Part shown: positions 9,543 through 21,206 of the stretch, piece after piece | Layout: the number at the start of each line of letters is the position of its first letter | How positions within the stretch are numbered: the first letter of the stretch is position 1 | From: an uncultured delta proteobacterium | GTDB lineage: Bacteria; Desulfobacterota; WTBG01 | DNA: 64,000 bases | Direction: 5' to 3' | Assembly (NCBI GenBank): GCA_963793865.1 | Contig: CAWCBP010000002.1 | Location: 96,001 to 160,000 of the forward strand | Made by a program: the position numbers and the translations under genes | The notes under the pieces: generated by a model | Database searches by the model: none | What the model was told of the DNA's origin: nothing | The model's input: the letters and a program-made list of their open reading frames with translations, nothing else

Positions 9543-10504
9543 TCACTCCTCTTCGAGCAACCGGCGGCAGACATTCGCGATGTTGAGAGCCGCCGAGCCG
9601 TTCTGAACCGGCATCAGCCGGCGCAATTCGTCCATGTCGAAGTCCGAGTGGGTTTCCTTGCCCAGCGCCAGGCCGACAAAGGCCGTCGACGAAAATCGAG
9701 TGACCAGGACATCGCAATTCGCGATCATCTCTTCGGCGCTTCCCGTCGTAAACACCGTGGCTCCCGGCGCGTACCGGGAGATTTCCCGGGTCGCGCGCTT
9801 TACGTTTTCGTTCGGGTGAAGCTTGAAGATGAGCGGCCGGCCGCCGGCGATAGCGACAGCTTTGCGGATGAACGCCTCGCGGTCCTCGCCCCGAAACACC
9901 TCCCGCAGCGGCGACGTGCAGACCAGCACGTAGTGGCTGTGGGGAAAGTTGTTGGCGCGATATCGCCCGCAGTCATCGAAATTGGGTATTCCCGTGACGA
10001 CGATCTTGTCGGCCCGCGCGCCTTTGCGGATGAAGAAATCCCGATATCCCTCGCTGGCGACGCAGAATCTCCGGTAGGCGTCGCTCAGGCCCGTGGCCGC
10101 CGTGCCCGCCAGCCACCGAGGGAGGAAGCGGAAATCGCGTGACCAGACGAAACGCAAAGGTTTCCGGGTCCGTAATGCCCTCCTGAACCAGGACGATCCT
10201 GTTGTCCCGAATGTTCTTCTGAACGTACACGTCCGAACAGGTGACCACCAGGTCGTAGGGCCCGTTCCTTCCCTGGTAGTCGATGGGGAGGCCATGATCC
10301 TCCAGATACCGCCGGCAGCGTCCCGCGAGCTTGTGTGCCGATGATCGTGAACTCCATCAACCCGAGTCTTCGCAGAATCTCGTCAACGCCGTCGCAGTAG
10401 TAGGGCGAGAAGGAGTGCTCGTAATCGGAAAGATGCTCGGAGATCTGGTGCATCTGCGTCGTCTGATTCATCGAGCCGCAGATGAACAGGATTCTCTTCT
10501 TCAT
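9543..10504 (-). CDS. GT-B-fold protein (glycosyl/glycerophosphotransferase-like), 2 frameshifts
   Basis: Joined from ORFs 10085-10510, 9973-10248 and 9543-10295: MKKRILFICGSMNQTTQMH..LVQEG..VVTGIPNFD..FKLHPNE..CDVLVTRFSSTAFVGLALGK. The GxPxxD, KxHP and DxxxxxxSS motifs are typical of GT-B C-terminal domains. Confidence 0.6.
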
Positions 10505-10597
10505 ACGCACCTTCCATGGTCGCTAATCGCCCATGCCTCGCCCGAGCGCATGCGTCCGGGAGTCGCCCGAGTGAGGCCCGCGGGACGCGATGCGCCA

Positions 10598-11719
10598 TCA
10601 CGCGCTTTCTTCCCATTTGGTCGCTCCGATGCCCAAAACAAACACTCCTGCCGCGAAGACCCCGATGACCGCGGCGTATCTCAGCGCGGCCAAGTGATCC
10701 ACAAATACCATGGACGCCCGAAGCCCCTCGTTCACGTAGTACAGAGGCAGGAGTCGGGCGAACTTCTGCAGGAACCCCGGCATCATCTCGATGGGGAAGA
10801 AGGTTCCCGAGAGGAACATCATCGGGAACATGATGACGTTGGCCGCGGCGGCGGCGCTCTCCGCCTCCTTGGCGACGCGGGTGAGGATCATCCCGATCCC
10901 GACGAACGCGAAGACATCCAGCACGACGAACACCGGGAGCCAGGCGTTGATCTGCAGGCTGACGTTGAACACGGCGTAGCTCACCAGCAATATCGCGGCC
11001 GTGGACATCACCGCAAGGATGAACTGGTACAGGATGTTCGACAGGATCCAGTCGGTGCGGGTGATGGGCGTGGTGGAGAGCTTCCGGATGACGCCCTTCT
11101 GCCGGAGCTCCGCGTTCACGTTCACCGCGCCGGACAGGCTCGCCGTCATCACCGCCATCGCGATGATGCCGGGGACGAAGAACTCGATGAACCGGTACTT
11201 CTTGTCGAGTATCGATGTCTCGGCCGATCTGATGAACGGCGGCTGTTCCGGACATCTCCTGGTTCAACCCCGCGAGCACGACGTCCAGGACCTGCATCTT
11301 CGTGGTCACCGCAGTGGAACTGGGGTCGTAGAGGTACGTGAGGCGTGACGGAGGCGTTGGGGTCGCCGCAGTGCCATCCTCTGCATCAAGGCATTTCTCG
11401 TAGCCCTTGGGAATGATGAGCACGAGGTTCAGCTTGTTGTCCTTGGCGTACTGGGTGGCGTCTGATGGCGGAGTCGACCGTGGTTATCTTGAATCTCCCG
11501 TTGAGCTCCAGGGCCTTGACGAGCTGTGCGGACGACTTCGTCTGGTCGAGATCCTGCACGTGCAGGTCGAAGCTCATGTTGTCCTGTTTCCATGAAAATC
11601 GTGCCGAACACGAGTATCAGGATGACCGGGAACGCAATCGTGAAGAACATCGCGGACTTCTCGCGGTAGAAGCTCTTGATGCTCACGACGAGATTTGCGC
11701 CGATGACGCGCAGGTTCAT
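10598..11719 (-). CDS. ABC-2 type exporter permease, multiple frameshifts
   Basis: MNLRVIGANL..FYREKSAMFFTIAFPVILILVFG at the start; FFVPGIIAMAVM..ELRQKGVIRKL.TTP; FPMMFLSGTFFP..LPLYY at the end, spread over several frames. Confidence 0.8.
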
Positions 11720-12669
11720 TCCGCCACCCTCCTCGGCGGGGTCTTCGTGGAGCGCTTCGCCGGTGAGCTTCAGGAAGACCTCTTCGAGGTTGGGCTTGCG
11801 AACGTCCAGGCTGAGGAACGACGCCCCGGCCTCCTTGATGGCGTTCAGTATCTTCTGGACGTCGTCCGTGTGCTCCACCCGGACCTTGATGTTCTTGTGG
11901 TTGTCATGGACCGGCTCGAAGCCCATCTTCCGGACGATTTCCAGAGGCTTTTTCATCGACGGACTGCAGCGTGAGGACCAGGTAATTCGCGTTGCTTTCT
12001 ATGAGCTCGCCGGGAGAGCCCATCGCGATGATCTTCCCCTTCGAGATGATGGCGACCGTGTCTGCAAGAAGCTCCGCTTCCTCCATGTAGTGCGTGGTGA
12101 GAAATACCGTCTTCCCCTTCTTCTTCAGGCCCAGCAGGACTTCCCACACCTCGCGCCTTGCGCGGGGGTCGAGCCCTGTCGTCGGCTCGTCGAGGAACAC
12201 GACCTCGGGGTCGTTCACGAGCGCAATCGCGATTCCGAGGCGCTGCTTCAAGCCCCCGGAGAGATTCTTGAACTGCTCTTTGGTCTTGTCCTTGAGGTCC
12301 GCGAGCTCTATCAGCCCGTCGACATCGCGTGTTCCTGCAGCAGAAAAGCCGCGAGTAGTACTGGATGGTCTCCCTGACCGTTATCCTGTCGAACGAGCTG
12401 AACCCCTGCGGGAGGACGCCGATGCGGGGGACAATGTCGCGTTTCTTCTTCGTGACGTCCATCCCGAGAAGGCTCACCTTTCCCGACGTGGGCGTGCGGA
12501 TGGTCTCGATGATCTCGACGGTGGTGGTCTTGCCGGCGCCGTTCGGGCCCAGGAACGCGAACACTTCGCCTTTCCTGACAGTGAACGATATGTCGTTGAC
12601 CGCCAGCAAATCCCCGTAGCGCTTCGTCAGTTTCTCGACTTCGATTACGTGTTCAGCTTCTTTCGTCAT
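11716..12669 (-). CDS. ABC transporter ATP-binding subunit (DrrA-like), frameshifted
   Basis: GPNGAGKTT, LSGGLKQR, VFLDEPTTGLDP, TTHYMEEAE, PNLEEVFLKLTG across three frames. Confidence 0.88.
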
Positions 12670-12699
12670 GGATCGACATTTTACCGCTATAAGGCACTG

Positions 12700-13474
12700 G
12701 TATGACAACATCTCCGCCCATCGCTCCATCGATCGTTGCCGATTCAGGAGGGCGATGGAAAGCCACATCTTCCCCTGAGGAAGCGAACGTACCCATAGGG
12801 ACCCGCCGGCAGCCCGGGAAACCGCACCAGGGCCTTCCCTGATAAGCCCACCGGAAAGGTATACCCGCCGTCCTCCCCCCTGCCGATGGATAGACGGTGA
12901 TTTGCCGCGGGTCCACGAGATGGAATGCGCATCCCAGGGCCTTGACAACGGCTTCCTTGACAGACCAGAGCAGGGCCGATGCCTTTTCCAAATCTCCGCC
13001 CGCCAACCTCAAGGCATGTTGAAGCTCCTGCGGATGGAAGACCCGGTGAAAGGGGTATTCTCCCTGGAATTCATCGGTCCCTGCCACATCGATGCCGATA
13101 TCAGACTCATCTCCACAGAGAGCAGCCCAGACTTTTCCTCCACCCTCGCTGAAGGAGATGGCCGGACCCCGATATTCTCCCAACAGGAGATGGGGCCTGC
13201 CAAGCGGGCCGCGGACCACCTGAATCGGGAAAGCAGCTCTGTCGGAGGATCGACAGCGTTTCCAAAGAGGACCTTCCATCGCCACAAGGTGATCCCACAG
13301 GGCGGAGACGAGGCGGTGCCTCTCCCCTGCCTCGTTCGTCCCACACCCTTTGCGGGTTTCGTTGGCACATGGCATCAAGGGCAAGGATGCATAGAAGACG
13401 GGTCCCCTTCCATGAACGGGACTCATGGCATGAACGGTTATAGTCACTCCGTTGCGCAATCCTCTTTGCCACAT
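12700..13474 (-). CDS. 4'-phosphopantetheinyl transferase (Sfp-like); C-terminal frameshifts, end approximate
   Basis: GRP..ISFS, IGIDV, LWSVKEAVVKALG motifs; AGGAG RBS before the ATG at 13474; immediately downstream of the PKS. Confidence 0.82.
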
Positions 13475-13524
13475 TCTGACTCCTCATCTTTCCCGATCTG
13501 CGTTCTTTCCGAGCCCCTGAAGGC

Positions 13525-16500
13525 TCAGTCCGAAACCCAGTGCATCCGAATACCACGAATCTGCATGATGGTGCGGCCTTGATCGTCAATCCCTCTGGCG
13601 TCCCAGGCGAGGCCTTCGTCGTCCTGCGCCCGCATGCGGGCCTCCAGCGTTATCTGTTCCCCTGCCCGGCATTTTCGCAAAAACCTCATCTCCCCGATCT
13701 CCATGGGAATCATCGATCGCCGCTCCGATGGGTCCGTTGCAGCGATGTGGAAGCCGACCAACTGCAAAAGGGCCTCGAAAAGGTAGGGAGAGTATTGGTA
13801 CCGTGCGTTCCGCAGATGTGCGAAATCACTTGTCTCCCGGTAGGTGGTTCGGCCCCGCACCACCCCCGGACCTGCACCGTCAAGGAACTCCATCACGCGA
13901 TACCTGCCTTCGAGGCCGCTGCGGTCTTTGTACCATTTAAGCACCTTTTTATGATCCATAGGCCTCGTCCGCAGTTCGTCCGGCCGGACAGGAAAACCGG
14001 GAGCCCCTCCCCGAGATATCCTCCTCGCCTCCCCGCCATCAAGGATCACCTGGCCCTTGCAGTGCGGGGTGAAGCGGTCGGTCAATCTCCCGGCGGGGGA
14101 GATCTCCTGTGTTGCAGAGAGACCTCGCACACTACCTCCCGAAGACCGTTGCCGGCCCGGCGGCAGGAGATCCTGGAAGGCCGTGGAACCCCGGGAGGAC
14201 ATTGGATCATGTCCATGAGCCGCACCTGGCGAACTCCTCGCACCTGCAGGTGGGGATACAGGATCCGGGCGGCTTCCATGAATGTCTCCAGAACCATGGC
14301 GGCTGAGACCAGAGGATGCTTGACGAACTTGAAGGGCCTGTGATCCGCGATCCAAAGATCCTTCTCCAGGGAGAAGGATCTGAAGGCCTCCAGTTCTTCC
14401 CGGCGGATGTCCAGGCAGGAGATCCCTTCTATCATGGGGAAGTCCTCGGGGCTGAAGGACACGGTGCCTCCATCCAGTTCTCCACCGGGCGAAGGACGGA
14501 TTGTATCATTGAGCAGTGCCGTTCTCACGGATGGCAGTTTCCTCATGAACATCACCCAATCGTCGTCGGCCGGGGCTACAAAGAGTTCCCGGCAGAAAAG
14601 CCCCGCAAGCTCATTCACATGGATGTACGCCGCGCCCTTCAGCTTCAGCAGATCCCGGACCTCCGGATCCTCGGCCATGCCCGCCCCCTCGACAGGGGGA
14701 AGCATCAAAGCCTTGAACCGGATGGCGCCATTTTTCCGGCGGAGGGTTCTGAGCAACGCGGACATCATCCGGTTGGCTGCAGCGTAGTTGGCCTGGCCGG
14801 GATTTCCCTGGATCGCGGCCGCCGAAGAGAGGCCCACGAAAAACCTCAAACCGGCCCCTTCCGCAGCCGAGAATAGATTCCAGGCCCCGAGGAATTTGAC
14901 GTCCGTGACCATGGAGAAATCATCCGGGGTCATTTGGCTCAAGAGACCGTCCCTGAGGACTCCGGCGCCGTGAATGATCCCGTCGATCCTGCCATAACGG
15001 CTTGCCACCTCGCCCATGATCGCGCGGACCGCCTCGGGGTCGGTCACATCGCAGGTATGGTACGTTGCCTCGATCCCTGAGGAGCGCAAATCCGCCAGGG
15101 TCCGGGCGATCTCCGATGCCCTGGGGTCGCAAAGGCAACGCCTCAGAAGACGAATGTTCGGGGCGCGGCTTTGCGGAATGGGTGCCTGGATCGAGAGGGG
15201 TTCTCCCCAGAAAGACCAGGCGGGGCGCGAAAGGCACAAGGCAGCGGGCCAGGTGGGCGCTGATCCCGGTTGCGCCCCCGGACATGACGACAACGTCTCC
15301 CGGGCTCAGATTCAGACTTGACGAATCCCCGAAGACCGACGGGGCCAAGCGCCCCTCCGAAGTGAAGAACCTTCCATCGCGATGAATGGTCTCCACTACG
15401 GTGCATCCCCTGTCCAGAGCACCGCGCAGCGCAACGCGAAGGTCGGTATCCCTGTCGATTTCCAATGTGCGAAACTGGACCGATGGATGTTCCTGCGCTG
15501 CGCTTAAGAATAGTCCGAGCATCCCTTCCGCCAGCAGCCGACCGAGAGTTTCGGTATCCTCCCTGGAATGGATCAGCACCACGAATTTCTTGGCCGGTGA
15601 TTGAAGAAATGCCTTCAGGAGCAGAAAGAGCCCCCTGAGAAGCCGCGAAACATCCGCCATGCTTCCTAACCTTCCCGACCCGCCTTGAGGCAAGGTGATG
15701 ACCATCCCGGCAAGGGGCGGCAGGCCCGCTATTCTATCTACAGCCCTGGAGGCCCCTTCATCGGTTCGAATGTCGTGGCCCTCTTCGCCCGGACCGAAGT
15801 TCCCTTGCATGAATAGCATCGGAAACGTGTCAACCCCGTAATCCTGTCGGAGGATGTCCCCTGCACTTCCGGCAATCCCGTCATCCCTGTCGGGCGAGAG
15901 AAGGAGGACTGACTCGCCCGGGCTCAATTCTATGGGAATAGAGGCCGCCAACTCTACCGTGGCGTGGTTGAATACGAGCCGCTTTAAGCTCGCCTCATCC
16001 TCTGAGGACTTCGAGATTTCATCCTGCACCGGGTCGGGGTCAACAGTCTTGGTGGCCGGCTGCAGGCTGGTACCTCCCTGCCTGGCGATAACCCTGGCGA
16101 TCCTCTGGGCGATGTCCTTCACGGTACGGACGCCTATAAAATCCTCCAATTCGATAGTGATCCCGAATTGGCGTTCCGCAGCATCCATGATGATGGGGAG
16201 GCGACTGGATCGGATGGAGAGGTCCCTTCTGAGATCCATATCGGGTTGGATCTCGTCCCTATTGAATCCTGTAGCATCCATGATGATTCGAATAAGCCTC
16301 TCCATGAGATCCTGGTGCTCAGGCGCCTCACCGGGGGCAGGTGCGGCCTGTCCGCATGAATGGAGTCGAGCGCGGCGGTGAATCGGGGGTTTGTCTGAAT
16401 GCAGAGAGGGAAACAAATCTCGCTTCTCCTTCAACCTTCAGATGACCTTGAACGAAGAGCTGAGCAAGGGCTGTCTTGTAGGTCAGGCCCTCTGCGGAGG

Positions 16501-19500
16501 GAATGCACGTCTGGATGCATGCCGATTCAGGAAGCGTGTCTGCGATGAGATTGCATAAAGCTTCGCCGGGGCCCACCTCCACGAAGAGCCGGACTCCGTA
16601 GTCATTCCAAAGGGTCTGGACATTACTCATCCAATGGACGGTAGATTCCAGGTGGGCCATCAGGATTCGCCTGATCTCACCGGGATCGGATGGATACGGC
16701 GCCATGGTCGTGTTGGAGATGACGGGAATCTGCGGGGCATGAAACGGAATGGAGGCAATGAACTCCTCGAGCTCATCATGGATGACCCTCATGATAGGAG
16801 AGTGGAAGGCCATGCTGACCCGCAAGAGGGTGGCCCGGTGGCCCATTTCCTTCAATCTCCTGCACAGATCCTTGACCGCCTCGGTGTTGCCGCTCAGGAC
16901 GATCTGGTTCGGTGAATTGATATTGCCGATATGGACATCATCCCGTCCCTGGATCATCTCTTTGAGCAGATCCGGGGGGACGTCCGTGGCCGCCATGATG
17001 CCGGGGTCCACGTGCATGCCGGCGGCCTTGTCCATGCAGAGGGCCCGTTTGTTCACGATTCCAAACCCGTCCTCCGGGGAATAGACACCTGCCATGCACA
17101 AGGCGGTCAGCTCGCCCAAACTATGGCCGGCCATGGCCACAGGGTGGATACCGAGGGTCGTGAGATATCGAGCCATGGCATGTTCCATGGCGAACATGGC
17201 AGGCTGCTGCCACCGGGTCTTCTGAAGGTTCTCCTCTCGATCGTGGAACATTAAGTGAAGGAGGTCGAAGTCCGCTACAGCTGCAGCCCGATCCAGCCAC
17301 TCCCTGATGACGGGAAAGGACTCGTAGAGCTCCTGTCCCATTCCCCCATACTGTGACCCCTGTCCTGGAAATACAAGGGCGAGCGGTAGGGCCTGCAAAT
17401 CCTCGCGGCCCATAAAAATTCCCTGCTGCGCCAGGGACCTCATTGTCTTGGGAGAGACGATTCCGGATTCGGCAAGGGAGGCCGCCCTCTCGATGACCGC
17501 GAGGGCCTCCTCTTCGGATTGCGCCACGACGGCCATCCGGCAGTTCCGGCCGTACATTTCAGTCCGGAAGAAAGAGACGCCATGGAGAGTGGCAGAGTCC
17601 CCGCCCTTCTCTCGATCGAGACCGGGTTCTCTGCCCGGTGAGACCAGGATCGTATCCGCCTCATCCATGGCCTGTTCCACCTGCACAACGTAGTTGGAAC
17701 CTCCAAACCCGAAGGCGTTGACTTGAAGCCTTCTTGGCTGGTTGTCCCTGCCCTTCCAATCAAGTGGCTCCGGGGGGATGAGGAGCCCCGGTCCTTCCAA
17801 GTCTATTTCCGGGTCCGGGTGCATATAATTAAGGGTGGGAGGAAAAACCCCCGCCTTCATAGCCGTGACTCCTCGAATGAGGCTGTTAATGCCCGAGGCG
17901 CCCAGTGTGTGTCCGATCTGGGATTTGAATGAGGTGATCACGGTGCGCTTGGAGGAATTGAAGAACATCTTCAGAGCACGGGCCTCCTCCACGTCCCCTT
18001 GCCGCGTGCTCGTGGCATGGCATTCCACCAAATCCACGGCATCGGGCCCATAGGGTATCCCTCGGAAAGAGGCGCGGATGGCGATCTCCTGGGTGACACT
18101 GGAGGACTCCACCATCCCCAGATGGTTGTTGCTTGCTCCCATGCCGGTCACAAAGGCATGGACACGCGCCCCTCTTGCGCGGGCCAGGCTTTCCCGTTCG
18201 ATGACGATCATTCCTCCGCCTTCGCCAAGGACCATCCCATCTCTTTCAGCATCGAAGGGGCGGGAGGTCTCGTGAGCGGGTCTTTCCTCTCCGGACAGTC
18301 CGTAAAGTGCGCCCAGGGCGGAAAATTCCAGAAAGTGCAAATGGGTGAGATTATCCTCGCCACCTCCGATGATGGCTGCATCGATGATGCCGCTACGGAT
18401 CATCTGGATGGCGCTGTAAAGCGCCACCAGTGAGGTCGCGCAGGCTGCGGAGACAGAATAGCTGGGCCCCATGAACCCATACCGGTTGCAGATGAATCCG
18501 GCCGCAGCGCAGTTGAGTCTGCCCAGCAGCGTGGTGTCGTCCGGGGCCATGCGCCCGGACTTCACCTCCCGTTCGATGGCGCTCTCCTGATCCGGCGTGA
18601 GGTGAACGGCCCTTTTGATAGCCCCGAGGATATCGTGAACGTACTCCCTGATGATCATATCGGTGAGGGTCCCCGCCGCCTCTCCCGAGTTCTGGGAAAT
18701 GAGTACCGCTATTCGCTCGCGCGGGATGTCTGACTCCAGGATGCCGGATGCCCGGATGGCCCTGTCCGCCAGCCACATGGTAATCCTTGTGGCCTCGGTC
18801 ATGGTCCGGAAATCATGGGGAGGAATCCCGAGTTCATTGCGGGAGATATGAATGTCCAAGAAGGCGCCCACCTTGCAGTAGGTCTTGTCCGTAACCTGCG
18901 GCCGGGGATCATAAAAAAGCGCGTGATCCCACCGCGACGGCGGAACCAATGTAATCCCGCTCTTCATGGCCAGGCTGGCAGCCCAGACTTCCTCCGGACT
19001 TTTCCCCAGTGCATTGAGTATGCTCATCCCGGTGATGGCAATTCTTTCATAATCGCCTCTGCGGAGGACAACTCGTTTCAGTCCACGGCCGACTCCGGAG
19101 GATGAAGTTTCCGGGGTTTTCTCGATCGACCCCACAACGGGCTGATGTAGCAAGAGAGGACCTTCGGCCAGCTCGCGGTGAAGGGACTGCAGCTTCCGGA
19201 CCTCGCGGATGAGACCGGCGCAGGCCCCACTCATGAATTGCCCGCGTTCCAGACAACCCTGCTCATCCAGAGCCGCCCCGCCCGGTCTGTCCATGCCTCG
19301 GGCCGCAGTGAAGAGGCTCCCCGCTGCCATCTGCTCCATTCTTGTCCGGAAAGAGGTCTCGTCCAGGTGACCCGCTGCAAACTCCCTCTCCAGGGATAAA
19401 ATAGCTTCCACTTTCGGGGTCCTCAAGGACCGTACCCGAAGTCCAATGTCCTGGCCTGAAACGGCCGTCCCCCCCGGGTGTGATTCCAGCACCATCCGCT

Positions 19501-21205
19501 GATAGAGCCCTGTCAAGGCGCCCGTTTCCGTGATCTCCCGGGTGGCCAGGTAGGCGGTGCCCATCTGGATGGCGTCCGCGCCCAGCATGGCGGCTAAGAA
19601 TGCGGTCTTTCGATTACAGATTCCCCCGGCAAGGATCACACGACAGTTTTGAAAAAGGGATGGCGTGCGCCGCTTCAGCTCCAATAGCATCTGAGCAAGG
19701 GTGAGCGTGCTATGCTGCCCCACGTGGCCCCCTGCCTCATATCCCTCGCAGACCACGTACCGGACGCCTGCTTCCAGGGCGAGCCTCAACAGGGCTTCAT
19801 CAGGAGCGATATACATGACCCTTATGCCGCATTCTATCAATTCTTTCAAGGGGGAGAGATCGCCACCGGCGATCACGGCAAAACGGGGTCTCTGTTTCTT
19901 TATCCAGGCCAGATGCGTCTCTCTGAAAGGGTTCTCAGCCAAAGAGATGACATTTACTGCATAAGGGCGCCCACCCATAATCTCCGGCAGGCGTCCCAGT
20001 CTCCGGTCAAGGGCCTCCGCATCCATCAGGCCAAGGGCGATGGTGGGCAATCCACCGGCATCGGCAACCCTTGAGGCAAACTCCGGGACATCTGTGATCC
20101 AGGTCATGGCCCCCTGGATAAAGGGATATTGAGTTCCCATCTCTCCGGCTACAGGGCTGTCTAAAAAGCAATCCTTTTTCGCCTCAGCCAGGTGGCATAC
20201 GTTACGAATTTCGTCCATGAAGGCTTTCACGGCCTCCTCGGTTCCGGCCCCGAAACGCTCGACGAACGACCTGGCAAAGGTGGCCTCCACAGCGAGAGGG
20301 ATGATCTCGTCCTGGTTGAAATGGCTCTCCAGAGGGTGGAGGGCCCTTGCATGCACCTGGCTTTGGAATGAACGGCGGCTTTCTTCCGTGATCTCTGCTC
20401 CGTGCAGCGAGTCCTCAAGCGTCTTGATCTCCTTGAACGCGCGCGAGTTTCCCTTGTTGAAAAGGCGACAAGGAACCTGCAGGTCCAGGCCAACCAGATC
20501 GGTAGAATCCAGACGGAGTTTGGAGAGCCGCTGACGTTGAACATCATCAATGGCAACCATATCTGTCAGCCAATGGACGCTCTCGAAAACGATCCCGGCG
20601 GCCCCTGTGGACAGGAATGCCGCTGCCGCCTCAGGGGTGGAGACGCCCCCCCATATGAGGATTTCAAGAGGTTTTGAGGGTGTGCGAAGCATTTCACTGA
20701 CCGCCGAATAGAGAGCCAAGGTCGTCTCACCGCTCACGAATCCAGAAGCCTCGCATCCCTTCAGAACGATGCGCCCAATTCCCCATCTTTCCTTCAACAT
20801 TACTGCCAGGAGATCCACGTTTCCAATGATCGGAAAGCAACAGTGGTCTTCCGACAATTCCTTCAATTTCTGAAGAAAGATGGAAGGATCTCCTTGAAAA
20901 AACTGGGGGTGGCATTCTACCCAGATGTGGTGGACCCCTGTTTCCTTCAGTAACCGCCCCAAAGATGGATCCATCAAGACAGGAACCGAAATCTTGATAT
21001 CCCTGACGTGGTGAGAAGGGTCAGTCTTTCGCAAGAATGGAAGTAACCCTTCCACCCCCATCATGGAAAAATCGAAGACGGCTCTGCTCCCTGTTCGCTG
21101 AGCCATTTGAATCACCGATGGGGTGATCTCCTCAGGCCGCCAGACGAAACCGATGATGGATACCCGATGCTCAGCCACTATGTCAGACCTCTGCTTCAAT
21201 GCCAT
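13525..21205 (-). CDS. Iterative type I PKS / FAS-like megasynthase: 2x FabK/PfaD-like FMN enoyl-reductase barrels, KS, AT, ACP, KR, DH; at least 3 frameshifts (about 16390, 15150, 14100)
   Basis: ER-like KGCEASG..WGG and IQGAM..EGYEAGGH..LAGGI..QMGT; KS AACATS / ECHATST / IGHTLGASG; AT FPGQGSQ, GHSLGE, AFHS; ACP DLSIRSS; KR GGATGI, HGAGVLRD, GQANYAAAN; DH DHRP..P and LFEALLQ. No thioesterase motif seen. Confidence 0.88.
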
Positions 21206-21206
21206 A

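Noticed and set aside
9405..10142. 245-aa ORF as a complete protein
   Set aside because: Only the first ~45 codons look genuine; the rest is the antisense of the GT-B gene.
10331..20915. Many overlapping plus-strand and alternative-frame ORFs in the ABC/PKS region
   Set aside because: Expected by-products of GC-rich coding sequence; domain motifs lie only on the minus-strand frames that were joined.
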